Shown here in pieces: positions 62,171 through 64,000 of a stretch of 64,000 nucleotides of DNA. The stretch covers positions 2,535 to 66,534 of the forward strand of contig JAEDGA010000003.1 in assembly GCA_016297775.1 (NCBI GenBank), given 5' to 3'. The notes under the pieces are model-generated. The model did not search any database. It had not been told where the DNA came from and was given only the letters and a program-made list of their open reading frames with translations. This DNA comes from Candidatus Methanomethylophilaceae archaeon. GTDB lineage: Archaea; Thermoplasmatota; Thermoplasmata; Methanomassiliicoccales; Methanomethylophilaceae. Position 1 is the first letter of the stretch. The number at the start of each line of letters is the position of its first letter. The position numbers were made by a program, and so were the translations under genes.

Positions 62171-63484
62171 GTGAACGATATGACGGACATCGTATCTGAC
62201 ATCAGGGTAGCCAGATCGGAGGCTAGGAGACTGGCGGCCGTACCGACCGACAGGAAGGATGCAGCATTGGAATCGATGGCATCCGCCTTGGACAGACGGA
62301 GGGCGGAGGTTCTGAAGGCCAACGCATCCGATATGGAGAGGGCCGCCTCCGAAGGTATCGGAAAGGTCATGATGAAGAGACTCGCGGTGGATGACGTGAA
62401 GATCGATTCCATGATCTCGGGCATCAGGAGCGTGATATCCCTGAAGGATCCCGTAGGGGAGACCATGTCCACGATGGAACTGGATGACGGGCTCATGCTG
62501 TACCAGATCAGGTGTCCGATAGGTCTGGTGGGTGTGATATTCGAATCGCGTCCGGATGTGGTCCCGCAGATCCTCTCCCTGTGTCTGAAGTCCGGCAACG
62601 GAGTGGTCTTCAAAGGAGGCAGGGAAGCGACGGAGACCAACAGGTGTCTTTTCGAGATCCTCACCGATGCCGTATCGGAATACGTGCCGGCATCCGCATT
62701 CGTCATGATCGAGACACGCGAGGACGTGAATGCCATACTGGGTCTCAACGAATACATCGACCTGTTGATCCCCCGCGGTTCCAACGAGTTCGTGAGATAC
62801 ATCCAGAGGAACACATCCATCCCTGTGCTGGGTCATGCCGCCGGCATATGCCACGTGTATGTGGATTCCGACGCGGATCTCGGCAAGGCGTGGGATATCG
62901 TCCTGGATTCCAAGGTGCAGTATCCCGCGGTATGCAACGCGATGGAGACGCTGTTGGTGAACAGACGTGTCGCGGACAGGTTCCTTCCCCGTATGGCGGA
63001 ACTGTTCTCGGAGAACGGTACCGAAATCAGATGCGATCCCATGTCGTTGGCACTGATGAAGGGTGCCGTACCGGCATCGGACGAGGACTGGGACACCGAA
63101 TACAATGATTACATCGTATCGGTCAGGATCGTCAGCACGGTGGAGGAGGCTGTGGATTTCATCAACACGCACGGTTCCCATCATACCGATGCTATAATCA
63201 CCGAGAACACGTCAAACATGTCGTATTTCATAGACAACGTGGATTCGGCGGATGTGTTCGTGAACGCTTCCACCAGATTCGCGGACGGATACCGTTTCGG
63301 AAAGGGTGCCGAGATCGGTATATCCACCAACAAGATACATTCCAGAGGTCCCGTGGGGATGGAGGGCCTGATGATCTACAAATACGTCCTGATGGGCGGG
63401 GGACATGTCGTCAAGGATTACGTAGGCGACAGTGCCAGGAAGTTCAAGCACATATCGTCCGACAGGACGTTGGTGGTAAGATGA
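62171..63484 (+). CDS. proA: gamma-glutamyl phosphate reductase
   Basis: VGVIFESRPDV ... KGGREA ... LIPRGSNEFV ... NASTRFADGYRFGKGAEIGIST. GTG 62171 or ATG 62180. Confidence 0.9.
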   Translation: MNDMTDIVSDIRVARSEARRLAAVPTDRKDAALESMASALDRRRAEVLKANASDMERAASEGIGKVMMKRLAVDDVKIDSMISGIRSVISLKDPVGETMSTMELDDGLMLYQIRCPIGLVGVIFESRPDVVPQILSLCLKSGNGVVFKGGREATETNRCLFEILTDAVSEYVPASAFVMIETREDVNAILGLNEYIDLLIPRGSNEFVRYIQRNTSIPVLGHAAGICHVYVDSDADLGKAWDIVLDSKVQYPAVCNAMETLLVNRRVADRFLPRMAELFSENGTEIRCDPMSLALMKGAVPASDEDWDTEYNDYIVSVRIVSTVEEAVDFINTHGSHHTDAIITENTSNMSYFIDNVDSADVFVNASTRFADGYRFGKGAEIGISTNKIHSRGPVGMEGLMIYKYVLMGGGHVVKDYVGDSARKFKHISSDRTLVVR

Positions 63485-64000
63485 GCGACAGGTCCTCCAT
63501 ACTCTCGCACGTCGATACCGTCGTTGTCAAGGTCGGTACGTCATCCATCACCGGCGGAGGCAACTCGGTATCGGAGATCTTCATGGATTCCGTCGCGAAA
63601 CAGGTGAAGGAACTCAGGGACATGGGTAAAAAGGTGCTTATCGTATCATCCGGTGCGATAGGCGTGGGTCTCGCCGCCATGAATGCCAAACCCAAGCCCA
63701 AGGAGATCCCGATAAGACAGGCGGCGGCTTCCGTGGGTCAGGGCATATTGATGCAGAAGTGGAACGAGAGTTTCGAGAAACAGGGTCTGTTGGTGTCCCA
63801 GATCCTCCTCACGTACGACTTCTACTCCGATCGCGAGAAGTACCTCAACCTCAGGAACGCCATACAGACGTTGCTGGCATATGGCGTGGTGCCGATCATC
63901 AACGAGAACGACGTCATCTGCGTCAAGGAGATCGATGCCATGTTCGGCGATAACGATACCCTGTCGGCGTACGTTTGCAGCAAGATGGATGCCGACCTTC
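63481..64000 (+). CDS. proB: glutamate 5-kinase (3' end lies outside window)
   Basis: ATG overlaps the proA stop (ATGA). VVVKVGTSSIT ... VLIVSSGAIGVG ... AAASVGQ ... VPIINENDV ... FGDNDTLSA. The frame is open to the window end. Confidence 0.9.
   Translation, partial: MSDRSSILSHVDTVVVKVGTSSITGGGNSVSEIFMDSVAKQVKELRDMGKKVLIVSSGAIGVGLAAMNAKPKPKEIPIRQAAASVGQGILMQKWNESFEKQGLLVSQILLTYDFYSDREKYLNLRNAIQTLLAYGVVPIINENDVICVKEIDAMFGDNDTLSAYVCSKMDADL

Noticed and set aside
1-64000. CRISPR arrays, IS elements, prophage or defence islands
   Set aside because: I saw no regularly spaced direct repeats, transposase/integrase-like ORFs or long non-coding stretches. The largest spacers are about 130-176 nt.

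Overview
Densely coded archaeal chromosomal segment, roughly 55-58% GC by eye, with many ATGA/GTGA start-stop overlaps. I call 68 CDS (2 partial) and one tRNA-Val(UAC). I found no rRNA, CRISPR array or mobile element. Informational genes include XPD, SMC-ScpA-ScpB, an Sm protein, aIF5A, Nop5, RtcA, aCPSF2, TFS, PCNA, Trm5, KptA, Nob1, Csl4 and a METTL5-like methyltransferase. Archaeal lipid genes include CDP-archaeol synthase, UPP synthase, GGPP synthase and geranylgeranyl reductases. Other content is a split transketolase plus transaldolase, the form III RuBisCO/AMP-salvage trio, proline genes, and an 11-subunit Nuo/Fpo-like complex lacking any NuoEFG or FpoF/O module. This gene content, together with only 1 TAG stop among 68 CDS, suggests a Thermoplasmata-type euryarchaeon, plausibly a Methanomassiliicoccales-like methanogen that decodes pyrrolysine. 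That taxonomic call is inference only. Most of the window is housekeeping, and I cannot demonstrate a new system from sequence alone. The leads most worth follow-up are listed here. (1) NuoI/FpoI carries four CxxCxxCxxxCP motifs, which could form an extra 2x[4Fe-4S] electron-input domain for the headless complex. (2) A B12-binding-type radical SAM enzyme sits directly downstream of uppS and is a candidate lipid-modifying or tetraether-type enzyme. (3) A catalytic-domain-only RNase III homologue is present, which is rare in Archaea. (4) A speB-aIF5A / nop5-aldolase-mtnA block links polyamine use with a possible DHAP-shunt type salvage. (5) A protein with a TiaS-like DDTD motif has an unrecognised N-terminal half. 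(6) A 498-aa protein with a CX3CX2C motif belongs to no family I recognise. (7) A Cys-rich wHTH gene is paired with a G3E GTPase gene. All product calls rest on motif-level recognition by eye, with no database search.
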